A stretch of 64,000 nucleotides of DNA from the NCBI GenBank assembly GCA_046351595.1, contig JAXLYE010000002.1:1496022-1560021 (forward strand). The letters are read 5' to 3'. Position 1 is the stretch's first letter, and each line of letters starts with the position of its first letter. This DNA comes from Polyangia bacterium. GTDB taxonomy: Bacteria; Myxococcota_A; Polyangia; Palsa-1104; JAEUJZ01. Of the stretch, positions 63,358 to 64,000 are shown one piece after another. The position numbers and the translations under genes are program-made. A model generated the notes under the pieces. The model saw only the letters and a list, made by a program, of their open reading frames with translations, did no database searches and was not told where the DNA came from.

Positions 63358-64000
63358 TCAGTCGCCCGTGTCGGCCCAGTGCTCGGCGACCGAGCGCGGG
63401 ATCCGCCACTCGTAGCGCTCCTCGCCGCGCAGCTTGCGGAAGACGCGGTTCAGCAGGCCGCTGCCGATGCGGCTCATGAGGCGCGCCAGCAATGCGCTGC
63501 GGTCCCCGGCCTCGTCGGCGACCGCGCTCAGCCAGCTCAGCGGACTGATCAGGCTGCGCGTCCAGTCGGCCTGCGGCACGGCCAGAAGGTCGGCGATGCG
63601 ATCGCCGCTCAGGTGGCGGATGAGCGCCGCCGGCATGCCGTCGAAGAGCTGCCCCGGCAGGACCTCGGCCAGAAAGGCCAGCAGGTTCGCGGTGAGCAGC
63701 TGCCCCTCCTCCGACGGGGCGTGCTGGCGCTCGGCGATGCGCTCGGCCAGGGCCAGGCCGTCGTAGTAGCGCTCGAGGTTGACGCGCGGATCGACGCCGA
63801 GCAGGTGCCCGACGACGCGGAAGGCGTGGTAGTAGGCTTCGCGCTCGTCGGCGGTCAGGCCGACGCCGAGGCGCCGAAGGCCCTCGGGCACCGCCACCGA
63901 GAACGACAGCAGCGTGCCGGCGAGATCCTCCTGGTTGATCGGCACGCCGAAGCCCGGATCCCAGCGCCCGTGACGGCGCAGGTGGTAGCGGATCGAGGCG
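63358..64000 (-). CDS. Hypothetical protein (DUF2236/MpaB-like C-terminal region?), partial; continues past the window end
   Basis: The minus-strand ORF runs off the 3' end of the window. It has high GC3 and conserved-looking YYHAFRVVGHLLGV and WRIPRSVAEHW segments. Confidence 0.4.
   Translation of the reverse strand, partial: ASIRYHLRRHGRWDPGFGVPINQEDLAGTLLSFSVAVPEGLRRLGVGLTADEREAYYHAFRVVGHLLGVDPRVNLERYYDGLALAERIAERQHAPSEEGQLLTANLLAFLAEVLPGQLFDGMPAALIRHLSGDRIADLLAVPQADWTRSLISPLSWLSAVADEAGDRSALLARLMSRIGSGLLNRVFRKLRGEERYEWRIPRSVAEHWADTGD

Overview
High-GC (~70%) bacterial chromosome segment with a myxobacterial (Myxococcota-like) gene repertoire. Most of it is housekeeping: mutS, mfd, lepA-lepB, rplM-rpsI, queA, a deoA/PNP/cdd/deaminase nucleoside-salvage operon, acyl-CoA metabolism genes, and a TolQ/TolR-type motor cluster. 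Many alternate-frame ORFs in the supplied track are GC-frame artefacts and are not called. Hand-read coordinates may be off by 1 nt in places.

The main finding is a ~985-aa bacterial homolog of the eukaryotic major vault protein (MVP). It is split into two same-strand fragments (31322..32735 and 36465..38028) by a ~3.7-kb integrative element. The element carries a tyrosine integrase, a secreted HExxH hydrolase and a HIT hydrolase, and is bounded by perfect 20-bp direct repeats. Deleting the element restores one in-frame ORF. A VWA-domain protein with histone-H1-like KPAA repeats lies directly downstream.

Other notable loci:
- An HTH_17 (MerR/excisionase-type) DNA-binding domain fused to a citrate-synthase-like domain, divergent from a second citrate-synthase paralog. 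Between them is an AT-rich array of five TTGAT-N6-ATCAAC palindromes at exact 21-bp phasing.
- A 5x 25-bp tandem palindromic repeat at 38761..38880.
- An orphan tandem BMC-domain (BMC-T-like) shell protein.
- A DJ-1/PfpI–GSP26 fusion.
- An FHA–CHAT protein with Ser at the expected catalytic Cys position.
- Several low-complexity extensions and repeat tracts.
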